The position numbers and the translations under genes were made by a program. From Escherichia phage vB_EcoM_112: DNA of 64,000 bases. Location: sequence record NC_024125.2. One strand, given 5' to 3'. Of the stretch, positions 39,308 to 49,772 are shown piece after piece. Every line of letters starts with the position of its first letter. The first letter of the stretch is position 1. The notes beneath the pieces were generated by a model, which saw only the letters and a list, made by a program, of their open reading frames with translations, was not told where the DNA came from and ran no database searches.

Positions 39308-40117
39308 ATGCTTAAAGAACAACTGATTGCCGAAGCGCAGAAAATTGATGCTTCCGTTGCTCTTGATAGTATTTTCGAATCAGTTAATATTTCTCCGGAA
39401 GCAAAAGAAACTTTCGGCACTGTATTCGAAGCTACCGTCAAGCAGCACGCCGTTAAATTAGCTGAATCTCATATCGCTAAAATTGCTGAAAAAGCAGAAG
39501 AAGAAGTAGAAAAAAATAAAGAAGAAGCCGAAGAAAAAGCTGAGAAGAAAATCGCTGAGCAAGCTTCTAAATTCATTGACCATCTTGCGAAAGAATGGCT
39601 CGCTGAAAATAAATTAGCAGTTGATAAAGGTATTAAAGCCGAACTGTTTGAATCCATGCTTGGTGGATTAAAAGAGCTCTTTGTTGAACACAACGTTGTT
39701 GTTCCAGAAGAATCAGTTGATGTTGTAGCTGAAATGGAAGAAGAGCTGCAAGAACATAAAGAAGAATCAGCTCGTCTGTTCGAAGAACTCAATAAGCGTG
39801 ACGCATATATCAATTATGTGCAGCGTGAAGTGGCATTGAGCGAAAGTACTAAAGATCTGACTGAGTCTCAAAAAGAAAAAGTCTCTGCTCTGGTCGAAGG
39901 TATGGATTATTCAGATGCATTCTCAAGTAAATTGAGTGCAATCGTAGAAATGGTGAAGAAATCTAATAAAGATGAAAGCACTATTACTGAGAGTATAAAT
40001 ACTCCTGATACTGAAGCAGCCGGACTGAATTTCGTCACTGAAGCTGTAGAAGATAAAGCTGCACAAGGTGCAGAAGATATTGTAAGTGTATATGCGAAAG
40101 TCGCATCTCGTTTCTAA
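39308..40117 (+). CDS. 22: prohead scaffold protein gp22
   Basis: 269 aa, highly charged coiled-coil. Confidence 0.85.
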   Translation: MLKEQLIAEAQKIDASVALDSIFESVNISPEAKETFGTVFEATVKQHAVKLAESHIAKIAEKAEEEVEKNKEEAEEKAEKKIAEQASKFIDHLAKEWLAENKLAVDKGIKAELFESMLGGLKELFVEHNVVVPEESVDVVAEMEEELQEHKEESARLFEELNKRDAYINYVQREVALSESTKDLTESQKEKVSALVEGMDYSDAFSSKLSAIVEMVKKSNKDESTITESINTPDTEAAGLNFVTEAVEDKAAQGAEDIVSVYAKVASRF

Positions 40118-40135
40118 TTTTAAAGGTTAACACAA

Positions 40136-41701
40136 ATGACTATCAAAACTAAAGCTGAACTTTTGAACAAATGGAAGCCATTACTGGAAGGTGAAGGTTT
40201 ACCGGAAATTGCTAATAGCAAACAAGCGATTATCGCTAAAATCTTTGAAAACCAGGAAAAAGATTTCCAGACAGCTCCGGAATATAAAGACGAAAAAATT
40301 GCTCAGGCATTTGGTTCTTTCTTAACAGAAGCTGAAATCGGCGGTGACCATGGTTACAATGCTACTAACATCGCTGCAGGTCAGACTTCTGGCGCAGTAA
40401 CCCAGATTGGCCCAGCTGTTATGGGTATGGTACGTCGTGCTATTCCTAACCTGATTGCTTTCGATATTTGTGGTGTTCAGCCGATGAACAGCCCGACTGG
40501 CCAGGTATTCGCACTGCGCGCAGTATATGGTAAAGACCCAATCGCTTCCGGCGCTAAAGAAGCATTCCACCCAATGTATGGTCCAGATGCAATGTTCTCT
40601 GGTCAGGGTGCTGCTAAGAAATTCCCAGCTCTGGCTGCTAGCACACAAACCACAGTAGGTGATATCTATACTCACTTCTTCCAGGAAACTGGTACTGTAT
40701 ATCTGCAAGCTTCTGCTCAAGTAACAATTAGTTCAAGTGCCGATGATGCAGCTAAATTAGATGCTGAAATTAAGAAACAAATGGAAGCTGGTGCACTGGT
40801 AGAAATCGCTGAAGGTATGGCTACTTCTATCGCTGAACTTCAGGAAGGTTTCAATGGTTCTACCGATAACCCATGGAATGAAATGGGCTTCCGTATCGAT
40901 AAGCAAGTTATCGAAGCTAAATCTCGTCAGCTGAAAGCTGCTTACTCTATTGAATTAGCACAAGACCTCCGCGCTGTTCACGGTATGGATGCTGATGCTG
41001 AACTGTCTGGCATTCTGGCTACAGAAATTATGCTGGAAATCAACCGTGAAGTTGTTGATTGGATTAACTACTCCGCACAGGTTGGTAAATCTGGTATGAC
41101 CCTGACTCCGGGTTCTAAAGCTGGTGTATTTGACTTCCAGGATCCGATTGATATTCGTGGTGCTCGCTGGGCAGGTGAATCCTTTAAAGCTCTGTTGTTC
41201 CAGATTGACAAAGAAGCAGTTGAAATTGCTCGTCAGACTGGTCGCGGCGAAGGTAACTTCATTATCGCTTCCCGTAACGTAGTTAACGTTCTGGCTTCAG
41301 TTGATACAGGCATTTCTTATGCTGCACAGGGTCTGGCTACTGGCTTTAACACTGATACTACCAAGTCAGTATTTGCTGGTGTTCTGGGTGGTAAATACCG
41401 CGTATATATCGACCAGTATGCTAAACAGGATTATTTCACTGTAGGTTATAAAGGTCCGAACGAAATGGATGCTGGTATTTACTATGCTCCATATGTAGCT
41501 CTGACTCCGCTGCGTGGTTCCGATCCGAAGAACTTCCAACCGGTAATGGGATTCAAAACTCGTTACGGTATCGGTATCAACCCATTTGCAGAATCCGCTG
41601 CTCAGGCTCCGGCTTCTCGCATCCAGAGCGGTATGCCTTCTATTCTGAATAGCCTTGGTAAAAACGCTTACTTCCGCCGTGTATATGTTAAAGGTATCTA
41701 A
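40136..41701 (+). CDS. 23: major capsid protein gp23
   Basis: 521 aa, MTIKTKAELLNKWKPLLEGEGLPEIANSKQ... recognisable as T4 gp23. Confidence 0.97.
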   Translation: MTIKTKAELLNKWKPLLEGEGLPEIANSKQAIIAKIFENQEKDFQTAPEYKDEKIAQAFGSFLTEAEIGGDHGYNATNIAAGQTSGAVTQIGPAVMGMVRRAIPNLIAFDICGVQPMNSPTGQVFALRAVYGKDPIASGAKEAFHPMYGPDAMFSGQGAAKKFPALAASTQTTVGDIYTHFFQETGTVYLQASAQVTISSSADDAAKLDAEIKKQMEAGALVEIAEGMATSIAELQEGFNGSTDNPWNEMGFRIDKQVIEAKSRQLKAAYSIELAQDLRAVHGMDADAELSGILATEIMLEINREVVDWINYSAQVGKSGMTLTPGSKAGVFDFQDPIDIRGARWAGESFKALLFQIDKEAVEIARQTGRGEGNFIIASRNVVNVLASVDTGISYAAQGLATGFNTDTTKSVFAGVLGGKYRVYIDQYAKQDYFTVGYKGPNEMDAGIYYAPYVALTPLRGSDPKNFQPVMGFKTRYGIGINPFAESAAQAPASRIQSGMPSILNSLGKNAYFRRVYVKGI

Positions 41702-41715
41702 TCTTTGACGATTTA

Positions 41716-41757
41716 AGGGACCTTCGGGTCCCTTTAGTTGTTTTTATGGTATAAATA
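41716..41757 (+). promoter_or_regulatory. gene 23 terminator hairpin (UUCG loop) followed by late promoter for gene 24
   Basis: agggacc-ttcg-ggtccct at 41716..41733; TATAAATA at 41750..41757. Confidence 0.65.
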
Positions 41758-41784
41758 AATCATATAAACTGAAAGGAAAGCGCA

Positions 41785-43068
41785 ATGGCTAAAATCAACG
41801 AACTTCTGCGCGAATCAACCACAACGAATAGCAACTCAATCGGTCGCCCAAATCTCGTTGCTTTGACTCGCGCTACCACTAAATTAATATATTCTGACAT
41901 TGTAGCAACGCAAAGAACTAATCAACCTGTTGCTGCTTTTTATGGTATCAAATACCTTAACCCAGACAATGAATTTACATTTAAAACTGGTGCTACTTAT
42001 GCTGGCGAAGCTGGATATGTAGACCGAGAACAAATCACAGAATTAACAGAAGAGTCTAAATTAACTCTCAATAAGGGCGATTTATTCAAATATAATAATA
42101 TCGTTTATAAAGTATTAGAAGATACACCATTTGCTGATATTGAAGAAAGCGACTTAGAGTTAGCTCTTCAGATTGCAATTGTTCTTTTAAAGGTTCGTCT
42201 ATTTTCTGACGCAGCGTCAACAAGCAAATTTGAAAGCTCTGATAGTGAAATCGCGGATGCTAGATTCCAGATTAATAAATGGCAAACCGCAGTTAAATCT
42301 CGCAAACTTAAAACTGGCATCACAGTTGAATTAGCACAAGATTTAGAAGCAAATGGATTCGATGCTCCTAATTTCTTGGAAGATTTGCTTGCAACTGAAA
42401 TGGCAGATGAAATCAATAAAGACATTCTGCAGTCTTTGATTACAGTGTCAAAACGCTATAAAGTTACAGGAATTACTGATAGTGGATTCATCGATTTGAG
42501 TTATGCATCTGCTCCTGAAGCTGGTCGTTCATTATACCGAATGGTATGTGAAATGGTTTCGCATATCCAAAAAGAATCAACTTATACAGCAACGTTCTGT
42601 GTTGCTTCAGCTCGTGCCGCTGCGATTCTTGCTGCATCAGGTTGGTTAAAACATAAACCAGAAGATGATAAATATCTTTCACAAAATGCCTATGGGTTCT
42701 TAGCTAATGGTTTACCGCTTTATTGCGATACTAACAGCCCATTAGATTATGTAATCGTTGGCGTAGTAGAAAATATCGGTGAAAAAGAAATTGTTGGATC
42801 AATTTTCTATGCTCCGTATACAGAAGGTCTCGACTTAGATGACCCTGAACATGTAGGTGCATTTAAAGTTGTTGTTGATCCAGAAAGCTTGCAACCGTCT
42901 ATCGGTTTATTAGTTAGATATGCTTTATCTGCAAATCCTTATACCGTAGCAAAAGATGAAAAAGAAGCAAGAGTAATTGATGGTGGAGACATGGATAAAA
43001 TGGCGGGCCGTTCAGATTTGTCTGTTTTATTAGGTGTTAAGCTACCAAAAATTATCATTGATGAATAA
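41785..43068 (+). CDS. 24: capsid vertex protein gp24
   Basis: 427 aa, paralog of gp23. Confidence 0.9.
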   Translation: MAKINELLRESTTTNSNSIGRPNLVALTRATTKLIYSDIVATQRTNQPVAAFYGIKYLNPDNEFTFKTGATYAGEAGYVDREQITELTEESKLTLNKGDLFKYNNIVYKVLEDTPFADIEESDLELALQIAIVLLKVRLFSDAASTSKFESSDSEIADARFQINKWQTAVKSRKLKTGITVELAQDLEANGFDAPNFLEDLLATEMADEINKDILQSLITVSKRYKVTGITDSGFIDLSYASAPEAGRSLYRMVCEMVSHIQKESTYTATFCVASARAAAILAASGWLKHKPEDDKYLSQNAYGFLANGLPLYCDTNSPLDYVIVGVVENIGEKEIVGSIFYAPYTEGLDLDDPEHVGAFKVVVDPESLQPSIGLLVRYALSANPYTVAKDEKEARVIDGGDMDKMAGRSDLSVLLGVKLPKIIIDE

Positions 43069-43071
43069 AAC

Positions 43072-43098
43072 AAAGGGACCGAAAGGTCCCTTTTTATT
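43072..43098. terminator. bidirectional terminator between gene 24 (plus) and rnlB (minus)
   Basis: agggacc-gaaa-ggtccct flanked by A/T tracts on both sides. Confidence 0.65.
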
Positions 43099-44102
43099 TA
43101 GCTCACCAACTCAATCCAAGCTGGACGAAGTACATCTTGTACCATTTTAACTAATTCCTTTTTAATCAAAGAAGGATTATCTGCTTGAGTTAGAGTAATA
43201 CCTTCACGAGAAGTTTCTTCCAAAATATCTTGAACAGTTAGCCCCATCACCTTTCCAAAATCTTTAGGACCAATTTCGCCAATTTTAGAAATAACGTTAT
43301 TTACTCGGTTCAGTGTAACGTAACAAGCTAAAATTCCCACCAATTTGTTATTGGCTTCTGATAGCTCAACTTTAGCTTTAATAGGCTTATCAGACTTTTT
43401 CTTTTCACTAAATTTAGAATTCTTGCATTTGATAGCGACACGATTTCCATTACGAAGCCAAGAAGGATAACAAGGTTTCAATACATATCCTTCAGCGGTA
43501 AATACTTCGCCTTTTGCTTCGGCATTCCAGACGCATTTATTTGCATCAACTAATCCAGCATGGTCTACTGTAAAATTATAATCTTGGACGACAGAATCTA
43601 AATCATTTGGCAATTTAATAAGCTCTTCAAATTTACCGCGACCTAAAAGTGGAGCCATTTTAAATTTAAATGTATTGCAGAATGATTCCATCATATAATC
43701 GTCGACATAAGTCACATCACCACTTTCTGTAGTGACAATAATGTCAAATACATAAAAATCTTTATCGCCATAATCGACATTCTTCTGAATGCCAGGTCCA
43801 GCGAATTCGCCAAAGACTTGATAAGATACAACTGCTGAAGTTTCCATAATATCTTGTACTGCTTTAATGGAATCAGCGTAATTCTTTAAAATAATTTCAT
43901 ACCCAAAGAAATCTTCAGCAGGAAGAATTGGTCCAGTACGTTTAGCGCAAGTTACTTTATCACGCTCAATAATCAATGAGAAATTTGTACCATGAATCTT
44001 TTCACGAGCTACCCATTCGCCGCCAGTCAATCCCAAGCTATAAAGTTTTTCAATAAATTTAGAGTTGTAATGATTTTCAAGACTGCTATACTTTTTAAAC
44101 AT
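43098..44102 (-). CDS. rnlB: RNA ligase 2
   Basis: 334 aa; nucleotidyltransferase motif I KIHGTNFS. Confidence 0.85.
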   Translation of the reverse strand: MFKKYSSLENHYNSKFIEKLYSLGLTGGEWVAREKIHGTNFSLIIERDKVTCAKRTGPILPAEDFFGYEIILKNYADSIKAVQDIMETSAVVSYQVFGEFAGPGIQKNVDYGDKDFYVFDIIVTTESGDVTYVDDYMMESFCNTFKFKMAPLLGRGKFEELIKLPNDLDSVVQDYNFTVDHAGLVDANKCVWNAEAKGEVFTAEGYVLKPCYPSWLRNGNRVAIKCKNSKFSEKKKSDKPIKAKVELSEANNKLVGILACYVTLNRVNNVISKIGEIGPKDFGKVMGLTVQDILEETSREGITLTQADNPSLIKKELVKMVQDVLRPAWIELVS

Positions 44103-44111
44103 AATTAATCC

Positions 44112-44390
44112 TCAAAATGTAATTTCTAACCAATCACCATCACGCTGATCACTATTAACTTTAAAGCTGAATCCTTCTTTTCTCAGCCAATCACCAATTT
44201 CTTCAGTAATCAATTTATCACGAGCAATACAATAATAATTAAAATGTGTTTTACCTTGTTCAGCTGCTTTATTAGCAAGTTCTGAAAAATCTTTAATAAA
44301 ACACTCTAGCTTAAACTGTTTACTTTTAAGTGCTTTTTCGCGTAATTGATTAGCAAAAGATTCATTTTCATAAAGATCATACTGTTCCAT
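44112..44390 (-). CDS. hypothetical protein (T4 24.2 position)
   Basis: 92 aa ORF. Confidence 0.5.
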   Translation of the reverse strand: MEQYDLYENESFANQLREKALKSKQFKLECFIKDFSELANKAAEQGKTHFNYYCIARDKLITEEIGDWLRKEGFSFKVNSDQRDGDWLEITF

Positions 44391-44592
44391 TTTTCACCTT
44401 TTTATTAATATGTCTTTTTCTATAGACAACTTTTTCTCGAGTCTCAAATTTATTCTTAGCAGTCATAGCTCGAGCCCATAATACAGCCACTTCTTTCGCC
44501 TGTAAGTTCAATTCACGAGCAATTTCAATGAATGACTTTCCAGACTCATGGAGTGTAAACACCACAACCTCAGTTCTCATAATCAATCTCAT
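44377..44592 (-). CDS. hypothetical small protein with possible helix-turn-helix (T4 24.3 position)
   Basis: 71 aa; segment SGKSFIEIARELNLQAKEVAVLWARA resembles an HTH. Confidence 0.45.
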   Translation of the reverse strand: MRLIMRTEVVVFTLHESGKSFIEIARELNLQAKEVAVLWARAMTAKNKFETREKVVYRKRHINKKVKNGTV

Positions 44593-44660
44593 GTTATCGA
44601 GTTGGTGCCATTATATACATCATTTTCTGATTGTGTTTTGTGTGCTTTCAAAATGAAGAA

Positions 44661-44677
44661 AGGGGCCGAAGCCCCTT
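44661..44677 (-). repeat. GC hairpin GGGGC-CGAA-GCCCC, copy 2 of 3
   Basis: aggggccgaagcccctt followed by atgattat; first copy followed by atcattat. Confidence 0.7.
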
Positions 44678-44681
44678 ATGA

Positions 44682-45812
44682 TTATGGATAGGTATAGATG
44701 ATACCAGTTTCTAAAGCAGTTTTATGAATGATGTATCCATTACGCGATTCTTGGACATCAACTTCTGGATAATCTTTCATCATCTTCTGAAGAGTGTAAC
44801 GATGCAGGTAGTATTTACTATCTGGATCTTCAGTTTTCCAATCTTTACCTTCTTCAGTCATTTTTTGGATTTCATCCATAACCCACCAACCGCACCAGAT
44901 GTAAGCTGAAGTACGATGTGGAAGAGGATGAACATAAGGTAATTCACCTTCTGGTTCCGGAGCAACTTTATCAGTTACCTGAACTTGACCTTCTGCCGTA
45001 ATAGTTTTGCTATCATAATCAGCAGCAGTAACAGTTGCAGTAACTTCAATAGTTTGACTTCCAATAGATGAGGTATCAACGGTATATACATTAGTTGACC
45101 CTTCTACAGGAGAAGAATCTTTCTTCCATGAATAAGCAATTTGCGCTTCTTCTGGAGCATTAGTGACATTAGCGGTAAATGTAGCCGAAGCATCTTGCTG
45201 CACGTTAATAGAAGGAGGAGTCAATGTAACCTGTGGATTCATTGTCTTCTTATTAACCGTTAATGACACTTCATTAGAAGTAACTTCCTTTGCATCATAA
45301 TCTGTCGCGGTTACTTGAGCCACACACTTAATTCTTTTTACCCCGCTTTCGGCAGGAGTATAATTGAATGTAGCAGAAGTTGCTTCGCCCACAGGAGAAC
45401 CGTCAACGTACCATTGATACGTAGCAGATGCACCTGATGGCTGTGAAGCTAAGGCAGCGGTAAATTCAACAGCTGTTCCGATTACTCCTTCCGGAGGACT
45501 ATTAGGAGTTACAGCTAAGGTAGTCGTTTGTGTCTTATTTTGAACTGTGATAGTTGTAGTAGCTTCTGCTGTTTCAGCTTCAGCTTCTGGAACTGTATTT
45601 GTTGCAACTACTTTAATAGTCTTTTGTCCAGCAGGTCCTTTTAATACATAATCAAAAGTTGCTTCAGCTCCATCTTGTGGAGCATCATCTACAGTCCAAG
45701 CATAGGTAATAGTTCCACTTCCAGTTTCACCACTGGGTGTAGCAGTAAACTGCTGAGTCTGATCTATAACTCCAGTAGGTGTTTTAGGAGTTATATCAAC
45801 TGTAAAAGCCAT
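44682..45812 (-). CDS. hoc: highly immunogenic outer capsid protein
   Basis: 376 aa with repeated Ig-like segments (AxYxW..., VTAxDYD...). Confidence 0.85.
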   Translation of the reverse strand: MAFTVDITPKTPTGVIDQTQQFTATPSGETGSGTITYAWTVDDAPQDGAEATFDYVLKGPAGQKTIKVVATNTVPEAEAETAEATTTITVQNKTQTTTLAVTPNSPPEGVIGTAVEFTAALASQPSGASATYQWYVDGSPVGEATSATFNYTPAESGVKRIKCVAQVTATDYDAKEVTSNEVSLTVNKKTMNPQVTLTPPSINVQQDASATFTANVTNAPEEAQIAYSWKKDSSPVEGSTNVYTVDTSSIGSQTIEVTATVTAADYDSKTITAEGQVQVTDKVAPEPEGELPYVHPLPHRTSAYIWCGWWVMDEIQKMTEEGKDWKTEDPDSKYYLHRYTLQKMMKDYPEVDVQESRNGYIIHKTALETGIIYTYP

Positions 45813-45821
45813 AAGTTATCC

Positions 45822-46502
45822 TTATTTTAATGTTACGAAAGAAGAATTGCGTGTTTCACGAATTAAAACTGATCCATCACGATTAATGTAATAAATTAAG
45901 CTAAATAAAGTTTGGTGTGCTGACGCATGTTCAAAACTAGTTGGGTGAGATTTCCAATCCGGAGTTTCAGCAATCCATTGATAAATCCACCAAGGAACAG
46001 TACAGAATCCTGGATTTTTTCCAATCAGCTGAAGATTCGGACTAAAGTTTTCCGGAAGAGTAAATACAGACGGCTTTTCAGATTCAACAATCTCAGCTAC
46101 AGCCTGTTCGAATTTTTCTTCAACAAAAGGAGTATCTTCAATCAAAACTGAGGTATTTTCAGGAATTTTATCCGTTTCTACTACTTCAATTTTAATGTCA
46201 GATTTAACCGGAGAATCAATCAGAAGTGCTGCTTCTGGATTGACTTCTTCATCGTCATATTTTAATCCCTCTGCGGCATCAGCAGCATCAATTAGGTCTT
46301 TAATAGATAACCCATCAGTCTCAGGCATAGGTTCACTAGCGAGCTTCTGGAGGGCTTCTTCAATATCAATAACGATATTATCAAAAGATTTATTCTTTTT
46401 GACCTTTATACCAAACTGTTCAGCATATTCAGCTAATTTAGCCTTAGCTTCTTTATTATCATCAAGAGCCTTCAGCTCTGCAATATAATCTTTATCTATC
46501 AT
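45822..46502 (-). CDS. inh: inhibitor of prohead protease
   Basis: 226 aa, position between hoc and uvsW. Confidence 0.75.
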   Translation of the reverse strand: MIDKDYIAELKALDDNKEAKAKLAEYAEQFGIKVKKNKSFDNIVIDIEEALQKLASEPMPETDGLSIKDLIDAADAAEGLKYDDEEVNPEAALLIDSPVKSDIKIEVVETDKIPENTSVLIEDTPFVEEKFEQAVAEIVESEKPSVFTLPENFSPNLQLIGKNPGFCTVPWWIYQWIAETPDWKSHPTSFEHASAHQTLFSLIYYINRDGSVLIRETRNSSFVTLK

Positions 46503-46552
46503 AATATTTCCTCAGTATAAATATAGATATATTTATTACATGGTATTTAGAC

Positions 46553-48064
46553 ATGACTGACATTAAAGTACATTTTTATGATTTTAGTCACGTGAGAATT
46601 GATTGTGAAGAAAGTACATTTCATGAACTCCGTGATTTCTTTAGCTTTGAAGCTGACGGGTATCGTTTTAATCCGAAATACAAATATGGCCACTGGGATG
46701 GACGAATCCGTCTTTTAGATTATAATCGTCTTCTTCCATTTGGCTTAGTCGGGCAAATTAAAAAGTTCTGTGATAACTTTGGCTATAAAGCCTGGATTGA
46801 CCCGCAAATTAATGAAAAAGAAGAATTATCAAGAAAAGATTTTGATGAATGGCTTTCTAAATTAGAAATCTATTCAGGAAATAAAAGAATTGAACCACAC
46901 TGGTATCAAAAAGATGCAGTGTTCGAAGGATTAGTTAATCGTCGTAGAATTCTTAATCTTCCAACATCCGCTGGTAAATCGTTAATTCAAGCTTTGCTTG
47001 CGCGATATTATTTGGAAAATTATGAAGGTAAAATTCTTATCATTGTTCCAACAACTGCTCTGACAACTCAGATGGCTGATGACTTTGTTGACTATCGTTT
47101 ATTCAGTCATGCAATGATAAAGAAAATTGGTGGCGGAGCATCAAAAGATGATAAATATAAAAATGATGCACCAGTCGTTGTTGGTACATGGCAAACTGTA
47201 GTTAAACAACCAAAAGAATGGTTCTCACAGTTTGGAATGATGATGAATGATGAATGCCATCTTGCTACAGGAAAAAGTATTTCATCTATCATATCAGGTT
47301 TAAATAACTGTATGTTTAAATTTGGTCTATCAGGTTCATTACGTGATGGCAAAGCTAATATCATGCAGTATGTTGGAATGTTTGGTGAAATATTTAAGCC
47401 AGTAACGACTTCTAAGTTAATGGAAGATGGGCAAGTAACTGAGTTAAAAATTAATAGTATTTTTCTTCGCTATCCCGATGAGTTCACTACTAAATTAAAG
47501 GGAAAAACTTACCAAGAAGAAATAAAAATTATTACTGGGCTCAGTAAAAGAAATAAATGGATCGCTAAATTAGCTATTAAGCTTGCACAAAAAGATGAAA
47601 ACGCTTTTGTCATGTTTAAACATGTATCACATGGTAAAGCTATTTTCGATTTAATTAAAAATGAATACGATAAAGTTTATTACGTATCAGGGGAAGTTGA
47701 TACCGAAACCCGCAATATAATGAAAACCTTAGCTGAAAATGGTAAAGGAATAATTATAGTAGCAAGTTATGGTGTATTTTCTACTGGTATTTCAGTTAAA
47801 AATCTGCATCATGTTGTTTTAGCGCACGGTGTTAAATCAAAAATCATTGTATTACAAACAATCGGTCGTGTATTACGTAAGCATGGTTCTAAGACAATAG
47901 CAACTGTCTGGGACCTCATAGATGATTGTGGTGTTAAGCCAAAATCTGCTAATACGAAAAAGAAATATGTTCATTTGAACTATCTTTTAAAACACGGCAT
48001 TGATCGTATTCAGCGCTACGCAGATGAAAAATTTAATTACGTAATGAAAACAGTTAATTTATAA
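46553..48064 (+). CDS. uvsW: SF2 DNA helicase UvsW
   Basis: 503 aa; Walker A PTSAGKS, DECH box. Confidence 0.9.
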   Translation: MTDIKVHFYDFSHVRIDCEESTFHELRDFFSFEADGYRFNPKYKYGHWDGRIRLLDYNRLLPFGLVGQIKKFCDNFGYKAWIDPQINEKEELSRKDFDEWLSKLEIYSGNKRIEPHWYQKDAVFEGLVNRRRILNLPTSAGKSLIQALLARYYLENYEGKILIIVPTTALTTQMADDFVDYRLFSHAMIKKIGGGASKDDKYKNDAPVVVGTWQTVVKQPKEWFSQFGMMMNDECHLATGKSISSIISGLNNCMFKFGLSGSLRDGKANIMQYVGMFGEIFKPVTTSKLMEDGQVTELKINSIFLRYPDEFTTKLKGKTYQEEIKIITGLSKRNKWIAKLAIKLAQKDENAFVMFKHVSHGKAIFDLIKNEYDKVYYVSGEVDTETRNIMKTLAENGKGIIIVASYGVFSTGISVKNLHHVVLAHGVKSKIIVLQTIGRVLRKHGSKTIATVWDLIDDCGVKPKSANTKKKYVHLNYLLKHGIDRIQRYADEKFNYVMKTVNL

Positions 48065-48077
48065 GGGCTTCGGCCCT

Positions 48078-48320
48078 TTGGAGAAAAAGATGTTACTAGA
48101 ATTTAAACAATTTCTTTATGAAGCTTCTATTGATGAATTTATGGGTAAAATTGCCTCCTGTCAAACATTAGAAGGTTTAGAAGAACTTGAAGCTTATTAT
48201 AAGAAAAGAGTTAAAGAAACTGAATTAAAAGATACTGATGACATCTCAGTCAGAGATGCTTTGGCAGGAAAAAGAGCTGAATTAGAAGATTCAGACGATG
48301 AAGTAGAAGAAAGCTTTTAA
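48078..48320 (+). CDS. uvsW.1: UvsW.1-like small acidic protein
   Basis: 80 aa ORF directly downstream of uvsW. Confidence 0.6.
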   Translation: MEKKMLLEFKQFLYEASIDEFMGKIASCQTLEGLEELEAYYKKRVKETELKDTDDISVRDALAGKRAELEDSDDEVEESF

Positions 48321-48375
48321 ATTAAAAAAGGCCCAACCAAAAAGGAAGGGCCAAAACTATAGACTAAAGGTCACA

Positions 48376-48543
48376 CTATAGCAAAAGTTGTGTTTCATTT
48401 AATTGTTCTTCCGAACTTTCTGAAACTGGTAGTTCTTTAATGTAATTATAGCAAGGCCCAGGATGCACAGGACCTTTGTCTGTTTCAACAACCAATGCAG
48501 AATCGATTGGAGTTTTACAGACAACACAAATCTTATCTGACAT
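48376..48543 (-). CDS. hypothetical Cys-rich small protein (55 aa), not in ORF track
   Basis: ATG 48543 preceded by GAGGAGACAATC; MSDKICVVCKTPIDSALVVETDKGPVHPGPCYNY... (CxxC ... HPGPC). Confidence 0.45.
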   Translation of the reverse strand: MSDKICVVCKTPIDSALVVETDKGPVHPGPCYNYIKELPVSESSEEQLNETQLLL

Positions 48544-48666
48544 GATTGTCTCCTCTGAATTATATATCTATTTATAACCCCATCTTAAAACGCATTTCTT
48601 GTACACGCTTTAAACATGCTTCCATTTCTGCTAAAAGTCTAAATACTTCTTTATAATTTGTCATAT

Positions 48667-48894
48667 TTACCCCATATCTCTCATATGCATATCAATGCCC
48701 ATATCTTTAGAATAAAAATATTCATCAAGATATCCGGCAAATTTTCCTTTAATATAAAGGACATCTTCACCACACGGGTGGTCGGCCAGGATACGAATAT
48801 CCTGACGCTTAAGATTATGCTTTTTCATTAAGAATTGAATTTCCGTTTCAAATTCTTCTTCATAATTAAAAGCATCATCAATGCTATATCTCAT
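48667..48894 (-). CDS. hypothetical protein (T4 uvsY.-2 position)
   Basis: 75 aa ORF; ATGA overlap with uvsY. Confidence 0.5.
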   Translation of the reverse strand: MRYSIDDAFNYEEEFETEIQFLMKKHNLKRQDIRILADHPCGEDVLYIKGKFAGYLDEYFYSKDMGIDMHMRDMG

Positions 48895-49307
48895 TATTTT
48901 CCAGCCTCAAATGCCCGCATGTCTTGAATATGCTTAATAGCAAATCCGCGTGATTTAATAGCATCAAGAGCTCCGCTACAGAAATCTAATAAAATCCCCC
49001 AATACTGTAACGAGGTATCAACCTTTAAAACATCCTTATCAGCTGATAGAACTGTCTTCATTTCTGATTTCTCGTAACGATCCATACTAAATTCATCACC
49101 ATCTCCTCGTCCCGAGTAGTAGTCTAATTTAGCTTTAAGAGCAACTTTTTTCTGTGCTTCAATTCTAAGCATTTCCTTTTTAATACTTGAATGCTTATTA
49201 AGCCATTTACTATATAACATCACATTATTAGCTGCTTCATACTGTAATTTAGTCGAATCTATAAACACATCTTTCTTCAATTCTTCTTGAAGATCTTCTA
49301 ATCTCAT
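48894..49307 (-). CDS. uvsY: recombination mediator UvsY
   Basis: 137 aa. Confidence 0.85.
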   Translation of the reverse strand: MRLEDLQEELKKDVFIDSTKLQYEAANNVMLYSKWLNKHSSIKKEMLRIEAQKKVALKAKLDYYSGRGDGDEFSMDRYEKSEMKTVLSADKDVLKVDTSLQYWGILLDFCSGALDAIKSRGFAIKHIQDMRAFEAGK

Positions 49308-49373
49308 ATTGTTCTCTATTCAATTGTTATTGGATGGACTTAGATTCATTATACCACGTTTATACGTGAAGCA

Positions 49374-49772
49374 TTATACTCTATTACTGGAAGCCAATTG
49401 CAGTTTTATCTGTTCAATGTCATCGGGGTTATCAATGACTGAAAAGCGTATTTCTACTATAAGAGTATAATCATCATAAACGGGTATCACATTAACTGCT
49501 AATTTATCAATACGTGGCTCATAGTTTCTTACTGCGCTTTCGATATTGCGCTCAACTGTGTCAGCAGTAAGAGGAGTCATATTTTCAAAAAGCTGGTCGG
49601 ACAAATCGCATCCAAATTCAGGGTCAAACGGTCTTGAACCTTTTCTTGTTGTAATAATTCCCAAAAGACTGTTTTTAATTGACCTTAATCCAAGTGATCT
49701 GGAAACGTCTTTGTTCCAATCCATTTTCATTTCCGGGTCAATGTCAGAATAAAGCTTATTAATATTTGCCAT
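49374..49772 (-). CDS. 25: baseplate wedge protein gp25
   Basis: 132 aa. Confidence 0.9.
   Translation of the reverse strand: MANINKLYSDIDPEMKMDWNKDVSRSLGLRSIKNSLLGIITTRKGSRPFDPEFGCDLSDQLFENMTPLTADTVERNIESAVRNYEPRIDKLAVNVIPVYDDYTLIVEIRFSVIDNPDDIEQIKLQLASSNRV

Noticed and set aside
39469-39813. 114-aa Ser-rich ORF on the minus strand
   Set aside because: Lies entirely antisense within scaffold gene 22; composition bias of the sense strand (GAA/GCT-rich) produces it.
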